A stretch of DNA of 64,000 bases from a virus (lineage: Duplodnaviria; Caudoviricetes), in the IMG/VR virus record IMGVR_UViG_2852079565_000004, positions 55,005 to 119,004 of that record, one strand, 5' to 3'. Below are positions 8,935 to 18,526 of this stretch, piece after piece. Made by a program: the position numbers and the translations under genes. How positions within the stretch are numbered: the stretch's first letter is position 1; each line of letters starts with the position of its first letter. The notes beneath the pieces were generated by a model. It was not told where the DNA came from. It was given only the letters and a program-made list of their open reading frames with translations, and made no database searches.

Positions 8935-10455
8935 TTAACTCAAACGATACCAACCCATAAGCATAATATACGCATTCGTCACTGTTAGAGCCGTGCCAGA
9001 GCCTAAATTCTCAGTTTCTCCCGAGAAAGTATGCGTGTGCACTCCATTATTCGATGTTTCGCCTACCCAAGATTTAGATGCATCAAATTTCCATCCAGAG
9101 TTAGCATCTTGGTTATATGCATTACTATAACTCCAGCTACCACCTGCCCCTCCCCACGAAAATGCACCAGATGCACCTTTTGTTCGACTATCATGAATAC
9201 TATTGAGTGCGCCTGTTATATTCATTGTTCCACGGTTGTGGGTGTGACCGCCATTTGAACTTGTCGTACCAGAGTATTTTAATGACACTGCTGGGAGGTG
9301 ACCTTTACCAATGGTCACTGAATCCGAACCACCGGTTGTTAACACATTCGCACCACTTGCAGCAGCTAAACGAATGGTTTTATTTTCACCGATGTACTGC
9401 CATTTCGTACCAGGGAATAAGGTATTGGGGTTCTTATTTTGTGCAAACCACACAACAATACCAATAGGGTAAATGGTATTAAGATTGACCGCATTTTGTA
9501 ATGCATCGGTGACAGCCTTCTGGCTCATCACGTTCGTTGTTGATCCACCCGTTGATTGGGCAACACTGCTCGTATTGAGCTTTGCATTCAACCCGTTATT
9601 AAGTGCTGTGTTTGTTGCATAATCCCCCGACGGTTGATAACTCCCCTTAGCTTGGTACCGTGTATCCCCTTCCACTTTGGTGTAGCTCTCGCCTTTGAGT
9701 GCGTAATTCCCTGCTGGGGCATAATTGCCCTTAGGTTGATAGTTGGTATCAGACTCCGCTTTTGAATAACTATAACCTGCAGCTTGATAGCTGCCTTTAG
9801 GTTGATACTTACCATCGGTTTCAGCCTTGGTATAACTATCTCCTTTTAAGGCATAGTCCCCTGAGGGCTGATAACTGCCTTTCGGCTGATATCGCCCATC
9901 GCCCTCTACTTTAGTGTAGCTTTCACCTTTAAGTGCGTAATTGCCTGCGGGGGCATAGTTGCCTTTGGGTTGATACTTGGTGTCAGATTCGGCTTTAGAA
10001 TAGCTATAACCTGCCGCTTGGTAATTGCCTAACGGCTGGAAGCGCTTGTCAGATTCTGTTTTGGTATAAACATTGATATCACCCGCACTTAAATCCGCTT
10101 TAAGTTCTTGCCATGCTGTGCCAGCTACTGGCTCAACATTGTTATTTTCAATCTTCGACTGCCACGTTTTGTTTTTATGATAAACAATTGCGCGGATCGG
10201 GTATGGTTTACCTTCTGTCGCCCATTTAGGAAAACCAAAGCTTTGCAACTCGCCTATCGCTTCTGTGATATCGTGAAACATGCCGTTCATCTTTTCACGT
10301 TCGATATCTTTGGCCGCAGGATCAATTTGTTGGTCACGCTCATAATCGTAGCTATAGCCTTGCGTGTAAGAAACCGCGCCATCAGCTTGCACATCATCGG
10401 GAATAGGGGTTCTATCCCCTTGTGTTGCAAAGGGGATTTTAAAGATTTTTGTCAT
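8935..10455 (-). CDS. Tail fibre protein
   Basis: FKIPFATQGD N-terminus, YxKxExD/YQPKG repeats, YPIG collar, HxH motifs; last gene of tail operon. Confidence 0.88.
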   Translation of the reverse strand: MTKIFKIPFATQGDRTPIPDDVQADGAVSYTQGYSYDYERDQQIDPAAKDIEREKMNGMFHDITEAIGELQSFGFPKWATEGKPYPIRAIVYHKNKTWQSKIENNNVEPVAGTAWQELKADLSAGDINVYTKTESDKRFQPLGNYQAAGYSYSKAESDTKYQPKGNYAPAGNYALKGESYTKVEGDGRYQPKGSYQPSGDYALKGDSYTKAETDGKYQPKGSYQAAGYSYSKAESDTNYQPKGNYAPAGNYALKGESYTKVEGDTRYQAKGSYQPSGDYATNTALNNGLNAKLNTSSVAQSTGGSTTNVMSQKAVTDALQNAVNLNTIYPIGIVVWFAQNKNPNTLFPGTKWQYIGENKTIRLAAASGANVLTTGGSDSVTIGKGHLPAVSLKYSGTTSSNGGHTHNRGTMNITGALNSIHDSRTKGASGAFSWGGAGGSWSYSNAYNQDANSGWKFDASKSWVGETSNNGVHTHTFSGETENLGSGTALTVTNAYIMLMGWYRLS

Positions 10456-10460
10456 GAGTT

Positions 10461-11120
10461 TTAGGCTCCGAAATTACTGCTAAGGAAGTTTTTGCGATGT
10501 TGGCCGTGACCAAAGGCTTTCTTTGTCACGATACGATATTTAACCCCTACCCCTGATGGGCGAGGCATAAGGTCGAAGTTTTCAAGAAGTACCCGTAATC
10601 GTTCGTCCGGGTTGAAATTAAACACGTAATACAGATAGGTCATATCAAGCGGGTCAAGTACAAACACTTTACTGTCTGCTTGCCAAAAGAAGCGTTTAAG
10701 AAATTCGTTAATATTGGTGACCGTTGGGCTTTGCGTAAGGTTGAAATAGCGCATACGCACGATGAGACGTTTTTGGTCGACCGTCAGCGATAGGGTGTAA
10801 TCGGCATTACGCCGAAAGTTGCCTTTGAAATTGGTATTCTTTTTACCAAAACCAAAGCCGATTTTTGTTTTATCGCTAGGCGGGACATCAATCCCCAACG
10901 GCACATCGAGTATGCGCGCCCAAATATTTAGCCCAAACTCGTTCGCAGTATCGATATTAAATACATCACGGTACCAATCACGCCAAAACTGGATAGTGGA
11001 TTGTTCAAAATAGTCTGCTTTGTATTTAGCTAACGCCTTGAGGTTTGCCGCATCTTCATATTGCCAAAGGATCGCCTTTAATAAATCAGAATGAAAATCA
11101 AACGATTGGATTTTACTCAT
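10461..11120 (-). CDS. Baseplate wedge protein (DUF2612-like)
   Basis: FNIDTANEFGLNIWARIL, LMPRPSGV; position after baseplate J. Confidence 0.8.
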   Translation of the reverse strand: MSKIQSFDFHSDLLKAILWQYEDAANLKALAKYKADYFEQSTIQFWRDWYRDVFNIDTANEFGLNIWARILDVPLGIDVPPSDKTKIGFGFGKKNTNFKGNFRRNADYTLSLTVDQKRLIVRMRYFNLTQSPTVTNINEFLKRFFWQADSKVFVLDPLDMTYLYYVFNFNPDERLRVLLENFDLMPRPSGVGVKYRIVTKKAFGHGQHRKNFLSSNFGA

Positions 11121-12304
11121 ACCAACACCACCTGTACCGCACTGCGTTTGAGCCTTGCCACCTCATTCATTTTGATTTCATAATTATTTGAAGACCAGGC
11201 TTTGCCATCCGTTGAAAGTTCAACTCGTGTAATAAACAACCGAGGCTCGACGGCATTGATACCGGCTGATATTTCAAAAGGTGATACATCGCGCCCCACC
11301 ACTAAACCGCCCTCACCATCGATATCCCCATTCGCCCATGACTCAACCGCTGCAGGAATAATAGTTTGTGCATCGACGGTGGCTTTTTTCACCGTTACTC
11401 GGCAGAACAACACAATTTCTTTCGCCCTATCGAATTTAACGGGATAAATTTGACCGCTGATAGTTTCCAATACCTCAACCTCTTCACGACCGTTAAAGGC
11501 GGCGCCAAGGGTTTTAGTACGTAGTAACGAACGTGCTATAGCCTCTTTATCACCCCCTTCAACACACACATAAATGCTATGGGGAACTAACGTGATCCCA
11601 TCAAAAATCATCGGTTGGTCCGTGTAGTTTTCTCGATACGACAACGAACGTACCCCTTCCAATTCATACAATGCAGAGGTAATCGCCTCCCCCACACTCA
11701 CCGTGTTTTTGGCTAACGTCTGTTTGCGTCGTCGCCTTGATTGTAAGTCTGATTCAGCATCTCGACCCAACACCGCATTGCTGGGGTTATGTACGGTTTC
11801 CCAGCCTAATACCGAACTGGCCACTTTATTAAGTTGACCCACGCCACACTCAACCGCCCCTGTTTCAATGGCGCGCATATCCCCAGTTACTGAGCCATCT
11901 TTACCGATAATTAAGGTTTTGGTGGTTTCGAATAAGTCGCCATTCAGCGTGGCAGCTTGTGACCCCTTAGGGATGATAGTCTCGGCAATACCCGTGAATT
12001 TCACCTGTGATAAAAAGGAGTGTGTGGCATCAAAACGCTGCCCGCCCATTAAGGCCCATATTGCATCAAGGAAAATGCCACCAGCTAAATCGGGGTTAAT
12101 TTGATTGGCCAACTCTGCATTATTGCGCACAACGGCGTCCCGATTTTCGACCTCCATGGTGATCAATGCGCCTTGTGGGGTTTCGGGGTTAACATCTAAA
12201 TCCTGACCAAACACACTTCTATATTCGCTTTCGACATCATCACGTAATGTGCTGGTATCCGGCACAATTACACCCTGTGACGTAAGATATTGATAATCAG
12301 CCAT
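11117..12304 (-). CDS. Baseplate J/gp47-like protein
   Basis: GRDAESDLQSRRR, VPHSIYVCVEGG. Confidence 0.88.
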   Translation of the reverse strand: MADYQYLTSQGVIVPDTSTLRDDVESEYRSVFGQDLDVNPETPQGALITMEVENRDAVVRNNAELANQINPDLAGGIFLDAIWALMGGQRFDATHSFLSQVKFTGIAETIIPKGSQAATLNGDLFETTKTLIIGKDGSVTGDMRAIETGAVECGVGQLNKVASSVLGWETVHNPSNAVLGRDAESDLQSRRRRKQTLAKNTVSVGEAITSALYELEGVRSLSYRENYTDQPMIFDGITLVPHSIYVCVEGGDKEAIARSLLRTKTLGAAFNGREEVEVLETISGQIYPVKFDRAKEIVLFCRVTVKKATVDAQTIIPAAVESWANGDIDGEGGLVVGRDVSPFEISAGINAVEPRLFITRVELSTDGKAWSSNNYEIKMNEVARLKRSAVQVVLV

Positions 12305-12641
12305 TAAGCGTTATCTCCCCATAGATGGTTTGGATCAACGCGGTATAGTTCAGCGAGTTATCCGCGATAAATGCCGAAAATGACACTATTGATATCACAT
12401 CATCCAGCTCACGCAGCCGGTCACGAAACGCCGCTTCAAATAACGGAATGTCCGCCTGTCGCCCAAACGTGGTTTTCCAGTAGGGAATACCCATATCGAG
12501 CTTATGCAGCATTTCACCGCGGAGTGCTTTGGCATAATGTTCACAACGGTTTTTAGATGCCCGTTCACCACTCACAATCGACAAGTTTCCGTCATTGCCG
12601 AGATGGATGTCGTTATTGCTGTTAACATTAAATGTTTTCAT
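12297..12641 (-). CDS. Baseplate wedge / sheath initiator
   Basis: GE...GIPYW...TIYG pattern; synteny. Confidence 0.7.
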   Translation of the reverse strand: MKTFNVNSNNDIHLGNDGNLSIVSGERASKNRCEHYAKALRGEMLHKLDMGIPYWKTTFGRQADIPLFEAAFRDRLRELDDVISIVSFSAFIADNSLNYTALIQTIYGEITLNG

Positions 12642-13330
12642 ACGGGGACTCCTGAATTGCTATTACCACTTTGAATACCGCTGTGTTTATGTGTTGAGCC
12701 GATATCTTTACCGTTGTGTTTCATCGTGCCCCCGTTTGAATCGCTGTTACCATTCACGGCCTGATTACCATTGATGGTGACATTGCCGTTAAAGGTAGTT
12801 TCAGGCACATTGACCTCAAGAATCGGTGAATCTAAAACCGCTTTTCCTGCATGTAATGACAAACACACAGAGCCATCCATGGACTGAATCACCAAGGCAT
12901 CCGTATTTTTGCCATCAATTAACCAGCCTTTAAGTGTATCGGGAAAGAACATCGCATCGCTGAAGGTATGTAAACGAGCCGTATTCGGTTCATCTTCCAA
13001 ACCGCCACGCTGAAAGATTAAGCTGATATCGCGGTCATTGGCTTTTAGCCAACCAAAGTCTCCTGGTTTAATTGGCATACGAATAAAAAAGCCACCGCCG
13101 CCAAAACGAAAAACGGGAATATTCGGCACTGCCGCTCGCCTGATTTTTTGCCCTTGTGTTGATACCATCATGACGAGCGGCTTAATCACCGCGCGGTTAG
13201 TTTTATCGTCATAGCTCACCACAGTTGCTGGGAGCATGTCGTCAATATTCATCAATAGGCTACGAAACGCAGCCATAAACTGCCCTGCCAAGCTGCCTTC
13301 GCTAGCAATATCATTATTGGGTTGGTTCAT
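12638..13330 (-). CDS. Baseplate spike (Gp138/gpV-like)
   Basis: MLPATVVSYD, PIKPGDFG, C-terminal THKHSG metal tip. Confidence 0.85.
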   Translation of the reverse strand: MNQPNNDIASEGSLAGQFMAAFRSLLMNIDDMLPATVVSYDDKTNRAVIKPLVMMVSTQGQKIRRAAVPNIPVFRFGGGGFFIRMPIKPGDFGWLKANDRDISLIFQRGGLEDEPNTARLHTFSDAMFFPDTLKGWLIDGKNTDALVIQSMDGSVCLSLHAGKAVLDSPILEVNVPETTFNGNVTINGNQAVNGNSDSNGGTMKHNGKDIGSTHKHSGIQSGNSNSGVPV

Positions 13331-13333
13331 GGT

Positions 13334-14230
13334 TTACACTCGTTTGCAGGTCGCTTGGTAAAAGAAAGGGTCGTCGTGTGAGGCAATATCGAACTTAAGT
13401 TGCTCAATAATATAATCGCCATTTAAGGCAGGATTAAACTGACTTTCAAGGCGTAACATGCCGCCCAATGACGACTCACTATCAATTAAATAAGTGACAT
13501 CGACGCCCTTCTCAGTGGCTTTCGGTATCCCTACCATGCCCGATTTTTGGTTAAGAATTCGCAAACGGCCACTTAACGCTTTGTCCTGGTCTTTCACATA
13601 CAACATGTCATCGTCGATAAACGCTTTCACATTGCCCGCATCTTGCAGGCGTTCCACTTGCTTGAGTGCTGGCCCACAAAAATACCAATTAGCGATATTT
13701 TTATCGGTGGCTTGAAAGTCCAATTTAACCCCGCAATCCTGTGCTATGTTCTTAGCCAGCTCGCTCATTTTACTTATGGCACTACCCGATGAAGAAACAA
13801 TATCTCGGGCGTTTGTATTGTTGGTTTTTGCTTTTAAGGTCAGCGTTACATCGGGCGGTGAGGCGATTTCTGCGCTAACAATATCCCCCACATAAATGCG
13901 AAAAATACCGGTGCTAACACGGCCGGCTTCAACAATTAAACGGTGCGGTTTCTTCGCTTGGGTATAAGGGCTGGTTTCGGTCAGCAACATATTGCGTGTT
14001 GTCGCATTGAGGCCATCGATATTCACCGTGCATTCATTTTGCAGGGGATTGGCATATTTAGTGCCGTTAGCACGAATTCGCAGCCCCTCATACCATTGCA
14101 GCCGACCATTAACTTCAATCCCTAATCGTATGCGGCGTAAATCAATCATCATCCCCCCACCAAACAAGACTGTGTGATTGGCCAAACTGCGCCCACCACG
14201 GATATTCATCATTTTCAGTGATAAAGGCAA
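13334..14230 (-). CDS. Baseplate hub protein (true start ~14149)
   Basis: Synteny; size; overlaps upstream gene. Confidence 0.72.
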   Translation of the reverse strand: MPLSLKMMNIRGGRSLANHTVLFGGGMMIDLRRIRLGIEVNGRLQWYEGLRIRANGTKYANPLQNECTVNIDGLNATTRNMLLTETSPYTQAKKPHRLIVEAGRVSTGIFRIYVGDIVSAEIASPPDVTLTLKAKTNNTNARDIVSSSGSAISKMSELAKNIAQDCGVKLDFQATDKNIANWYFCGPALKQVERLQDAGNVKAFIDDDMLYVKDQDKALSGRLRILNQKSGMVGIPKATEKGVDVTYLIDSESSLGGMLRLESQFNPALNGDYIIEQLKFDIASHDDPFFYQATCKRV

Positions 14231-14435
14231 AATTACCGTTACCCGATAAATATCGGTAGGGGATCAGCGGTTGATTGGGCATCACACGAATGCCTTGCAA
14301 TAGAACCACATCATTGCGCTTGATATCACAACACATTGTTGTTCGCGCCACTTTAATCGTCAGCTCCCACTCGTCACCGCCAAGGCTCACGCGCAAACGT
14401 TGATTAGGTACGGTATTTAAAGGGATCTCTTGCAT
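14142..14435 (-). CDS. Baseplate plug protein
   Basis: MQEIPLNTVPNQ motif; synteny. Confidence 0.7.
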   Translation of the reverse strand: MQEIPLNTVPNQRLRVSLGGDEWELTIKVARTTMCCDIKRNDVVLLQGIRVMPNQPLIPYRYLSGNGNFAFITENDEYPWWAQFGQSHSLVWWGDDD

Positions 14436-14438
14436 GGG

Positions 14439-14966
14439 TCACCACCCTAACGTAAATTCACCGTCAGCAATTTTGGTTGCTGCCGATTTTTTCTTTTTGT
14501 CCGGTACCGTGGACGTTTGCACTTTCCCGCGATTCACCGTGCTCGATTGCTCTTTTTTTGCCACCTTACGGGGCGGCAGGTCGCCATATTCAGGCTCAAC
14601 CGTTCGCCACTCCGTAAAGCGCAGCGAGAGTTTAATCGCATCGGCCATCTCTGGAATTTCATCGTGATAGAGATTCACTAACAGCATCGGCTGGTAGGTT
14701 TTCACCCGAGTTTGAATACCCACTAACTGGTGTTTATCATAGGCTTGTTGCAGGGTTTCAAAGGCACTTTTCATTTCGCCGGCTAAAATTAAATCCATAC
14801 CAATTTCAACGGGCTGAACTACCACATGGTCACTGCGTGTTTCCCCCGACTCAACGGTAAATTGTGTTGCTTTGTGTTCGTCACGGACGTTAATTTGAAT
14901 CGGATTGGCCGTTTCAAATAACGTCGAAAAGTTATCGACATTGAAGATTTTCACCTCGGTGATCAT
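14439..14966 (-). CDS. Tail tube initiator / Dit-like baseplate protein
   Basis: VESG..RSDHVV..P motif; directly after tape measure. Confidence 0.68.
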   Translation of the reverse strand: MITEVKIFNVDNFSTLFETANPIQINVRDEHKATQFTVESGETRSDHVVVQPVEIGMDLILAGEMKSAFETLQQAYDKHQLVGIQTRVKTYQPMLLVNLYHDEIPEMADAIKLSLRFTEWRTVEPEYGDLPPRKVAKKEQSSTVNRGKVQTSTVPDKKKKSAATKIADGEFTLGW

Positions 14967-17473
14967 TTGCTTACCCCCGAACTGGTTTGATGGGCTAAAT
15001 CTTGTAGCTGGGATTGCAACGCATCTTTCGTGCCATTCGCCATTCCTTGCGCGTCCGTCGCTTGGGTTTCCACTTTGATTTCACCAATCGACAAGTTAGT
15101 TTCATTGGTGGTACTGGATTGATTACTGATAGCTTGGCTGGTCATCGGGTTAATTGGATTAGCCGACATACCGTTAATTTGTTGGCTCAGCCCTTTCACT
15201 AACAACGCAGTATCTTCTCCAGATAACTTGGGCTGTTCGGGGATTTGGTGCTCTATCGTGCCGTCAGTCGTGATTTTGCGTTCAACCGTTTGAGTCACTT
15301 GTGCATCCTCAAAACCAAACCACCCTTTGACCGTGCTCCAGCCATTTTTAATCGCTTCTAAGCCGTCATTAATCCAACTTAAATACTGTTTGATTTGCGC
15401 CCATAACCACTTAAAAATCCCTACAACGGCATCAGAAGCCACCGTAAAGACCCCTTCAAATTGCTTGCCCCAACCCGCTAAATCGCGAATAAAGTCCGTG
15501 AGCCATGCCCATAACTGCTTGCCACCATCAACAATAAAGTTAAAAGCAGCCACCGCCACATCGGCGACAACTTGAGATAAAGCCATGACAAAATAAAAGA
15601 AGGCTTTAAACGCTTCCCACAACGCAATAATGACCGCCTTAAGTTCGGGGTATTCATCCAAAATACGCCCTATCATCGAATCGTTGCCGTCGATAAAATT
15701 CATGATATCGTCATAAACTAAGGCAAACGCCGCAGCCAGTAAGGCAATAACCGCGATAATCGCCAAGATGGGCCATGTTGCTGCCAAGGTCGCTGCCGCT
15801 GCCGATAACAGAGCAGGCACATAAAACACCGCAATAGCCGAACCTATCGCAATAAAGAACCCCACAATGAGCGATTTGTTTTCTTTGCAAAAGCTCACAA
15901 AGCGGTTAATCCACTCTAACCCTTTAGTTAAAATCGGGATCACCATTTCTAATAAGCTGTTTTTCAGTAAACCTGATGATTGCTTAAAGCCTTGCATGGC
16001 TTTGTTGAATTTGATGGATTGTTCAATACTCTCTTTGTTGATGCCTGAGTACTCTTTTTGAATACCCATCATGCGCTCGAGTTCTTTGCGACCTTTCATC
16101 ATCAGCTCGACGGTTTTATCATCTGTTACGCCCAGTCCCGCAAGCGTTGCCTTGGCTTTATCAAACTTCATACCCTGCACTTTATCTGCAGTCTGAAGTA
16201 CTTTTTCCATGGAGTTTTTAGCCAAGCCAAACGATTTAGCCATCGCCGATAAATCTGCTTGGGCCGCATCACGCGTGCCGCCCAGTTCAGCCATTGAACC
16301 CGCGAATGCGTCTACATCGGCTGTGGCTACATTGATTTTTTTACCTAACTTATCGAGGGCTTCAATTTCAGTCGAACGTGAAATCGATTCTCCCACCAAG
16401 GCGGTAGCCCCCATCAGTAAACCAACCGTCCCTAATGCCTTTTTGGCAAACGACATAACCGTATTACCAGCTTGCTGATATTTGGTTTCGGTATTCTCAA
16501 GGGCTTTTTGCACGGATTGCTGTGCTTTAATTTCACTGGTCGCCGCTTCAATTCCTTTCACTTTCATCGTGTCCACAAGGCGAATTAGCTCGCTGTAATT
16601 ACCTTGCAGTGCTTGAATAATGGCGTTGGACAGTTGCTTCGCGGTGATACCTTGGTGTTCGGCTAACGCGAGGTCGGTGACACCTTGATTAAGTTGAATA
16701 ACATTTTGCTGTAGTGCCCAGTAGTTTGCATCGAGCTCGCCCAAAACAACCTGAGTGGATTGCATGCCTGCGTCAGATATTGACCGCTGCGCCTCAAGGT
16801 TAGCCATCGAATCTGTTACTGTCTCTAATTGTGTTTTAACCGAGCCAGTTTGGGCAATAACCTCATCTGCATTAGTAACGAAATCAATCGAATGTTCAAT
16901 CGATAAGCCTTGCACCGATTGGCGTAAGTCTGCCATCACACGTTCAATTTCTGCGGCGCCATCGGCAGTAGTGGTCGGGATTTTTTGCAGCTCGTTAACA
17001 TACTCACTGACTGAGCCTTTTACCTGTTCTAATGCGTTTTTTTGGTCACCCACCGATAACGAGCCGAGATCATTTTTCAGTTGGCTGATTTCAGCTTGCA
17101 GTGATTGCCCCCACTCCCCTAGCGTATCCCCCGCAAAGACCCAAGCTGTGTCTGTATTTTGCCGTTGCTCATCCAATGCGCTTAATGATGAGCTCACCGC
17201 ATCTAACCTATCCACGATGTGGCTTGTCTCAGCACTAACCTCGCTGGCATTGATTGTAAACTGAATGGCATGTTCGGTCGACAGCCCCTGCAGTGATTGC
17301 CAAAGCTCTGTCATTACACTCCTGATGGTCAGTGAACTTTGCTGCGCCGCTTGTTGGGTTTGTTTCATGCCATCAATAATGTCATCGGTCGAACGTTGCA
17401 CCTTTTTAAATGCCCCATCCGCTTGCCTTGTATCAAACTCAAAGACCTGCACAAAGGTATCCATTAATGACAT
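14963..17473 (-). CDS. Tail tape measure protein
   Basis: 836 aa, helical Ala/Gln-rich, hydrophobic segment, Trp/Phe periodic region. Confidence 0.85.
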   Translation of the reverse strand: MSLMDTFVQVFEFDTRQADGAFKKVQRSTDDIIDGMKQTQQAAQQSSLTIRSVMTELWQSLQGLSTEHAIQFTINASEVSAETSHIVDRLDAVSSSLSALDEQRQNTDTAWVFAGDTLGEWGQSLQAEISQLKNDLGSLSVGDQKNALEQVKGSVSEYVNELQKIPTTTADGAAEIERVMADLRQSVQGLSIEHSIDFVTNADEVIAQTGSVKTQLETVTDSMANLEAQRSISDAGMQSTQVVLGELDANYWALQQNVIQLNQGVTDLALAEHQGITAKQLSNAIIQALQGNYSELIRLVDTMKVKGIEAATSEIKAQQSVQKALENTETKYQQAGNTVMSFAKKALGTVGLLMGATALVGESISRSTEIEALDKLGKKINVATADVDAFAGSMAELGGTRDAAQADLSAMAKSFGLAKNSMEKVLQTADKVQGMKFDKAKATLAGLGVTDDKTVELMMKGRKELERMMGIQKEYSGINKESIEQSIKFNKAMQGFKQSSGLLKNSLLEMVIPILTKGLEWINRFVSFCKENKSLIVGFFIAIGSAIAVFYVPALLSAAAATLAATWPILAIIAVIALLAAAFALVYDDIMNFIDGNDSMIGRILDEYPELKAVIIALWEAFKAFFYFVMALSQVVADVAVAAFNFIVDGGKQLWAWLTDFIRDLAGWGKQFEGVFTVASDAVVGIFKWLWAQIKQYLSWINDGLEAIKNGWSTVKGWFGFEDAQVTQTVERKITTDGTIEHQIPEQPKLSGEDTALLVKGLSQQINGMSANPINPMTSQAISNQSSTTNETNLSIGEIKVETQATDAQGMANGTKDALQSQLQDLAHQTSSGVSK

Positions 17474-17709
17474 TAGCGATCCTTTGAAGCCGCAAGGGCT
17501 TCGTTATAACGGTTAGTAATGGCAATTTCCCATAGGTCCATTGCTTCTTCTAAATCTATTGAGGTTTTGAGTTCGGTGAAGGTGGCGAGGCGTTCGCTGA
17601 CGATGACGGCAAAGAACCCATCAGCGTTTTTATAATCGACGGGAGTGAACCGCTTACCTTGCTGAGCAGGAAGTGGAGGAAACCTTGGCTCCCGTCGTTG
17701 CCGAAAAAA
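17473..17709 (-). CDS. -1 frameshift extension of tail assembly chaperone (gpGT-like)
   Basis: Slippery T TTT TTC at 17703-17709; -1 frame open to TAA overlapping the tape-measure ATG. Confidence 0.72.
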   Translation of the reverse strand, partial: FFRQRREPRFPPLPAQQGKRFTPVDYKNADGFFAVIVSERLATFTELKTSIDLEEAMDLWEIAITNRYNEALAASKDR

Positions 17710-18026
17710 CTGGTGTTATATTTCAACATTTCCAACTCTAAGCGGATCAACGATTCGCCATCAGGCACATGGTTATCAATAAGTGTTTGTGTTTTAAGGG
17801 GGATTTCTTCACCGTCGATAGTGACACACACATAGGCCATCATTTTGAGCATGGCCTCTTTGCTGACCTCATAGTCACCAATTTTGGGGGCGTTAGATAA
17901 CGGGTATTTGGCTAGGATTTCACGCCCGACTGTGGCGGGTAGGCGACTAATAATGAATAGTTTTTCAACACCATCAACGTCTTTGATAGCGACTTCTTTA
18001 GGTTTAATCATCATGGTAAACACCAA
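17556..18026 (-). CDS. Tail assembly chaperone (gpG-like)
   Basis: Between tube and tape measure; contains slippery site. Confidence 0.75.
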   Translation of the reverse strand: MVFTMMIKPKEVAIKDVDGVEKLFIISRLPATVGREILAKYPLSNAPKIGDYEVSKEAMLKMMAYVCVTIDGEEIPLKTQTLIDNHVPDGESLIRLELEMLKYNTSFFGNDGSQGFLHFLLSKVSGSLPSIIKTLMGSLPSSSANASPPSPNSKPQ

Positions 18027-18064
18027 TAAAAAAGGCGGGAAACCCCGCCAGAAATTGAAATAAA

Positions 18065-18517
18065 TTAACGGATACGCGTACTGTCGAAATCCTGAAACAC
18101 AAAGGTATAGGCTTTAGATTTCAAACGCCCCGCAGAGGCGGCTGAGTTGCCACGACTACCATTGGTGATTTTGCCATTGCGCGCCGTGACCGTTGAGCCA
18201 TCGCCATAAGACGCAACAAAAGTAATAATATCCCCTGCGTGTCGGCGCCCTTTTTTCGCGGTATTTGCCTCGAGCAAAATAGACAAGTTTTGATCTTCTT
18301 CGCTACCGGCCAATACGTTAATCGTGACGGTTTGTGGTGTTGGTGTAGACCAACTCACCAAGTTACCGTTAATATCCATACCCGTTTGTGCAATATCGAC
18401 AGCCGGTAAATCCAGTGGATCAGCATCGTCAGCAAAAGCGGTAATTAAAATCCCAGTGGGAAAGGTTTTGCTGGCTTGAATGGTAAAACTCAAGCCGGTT
18501 GCAGATACATCATGCAT
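18065..18517 (-). CDS. Tail tube protein (DUF3277-like)
   Basis: 150 aa directly after sheath. Confidence 0.8.
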   Translation of the reverse strand: MHDVSATGLSFTIQASKTFPTGILITAFADDADPLDLPAVDIAQTGMDINGNLVSWSTPTPQTVTINVLAGSEEDQNLSILLEANTAKKGRRHAGDIITFVASYGDGSTVTARNGKITNGSRGNSAASAGRLKSKAYTFVFQDFDSTRIR

Positions 18518-18526
18518 GTTCTACTC

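Noticed and set aside
2878-10455. Resolvase as a tail-fibre invertase (Gin/Cin shufflon)
   Set aside because: It lies outside attL, over 5 kb from the fibre; no inverted alternative fibre tips or crossover sites seen
8935-10455. Diversity-generating retroelement acting on the fibre
   Set aside because: No reverse transcriptase; repeats are in-frame shaft duplications, not an adenine-specific TR/VR pair
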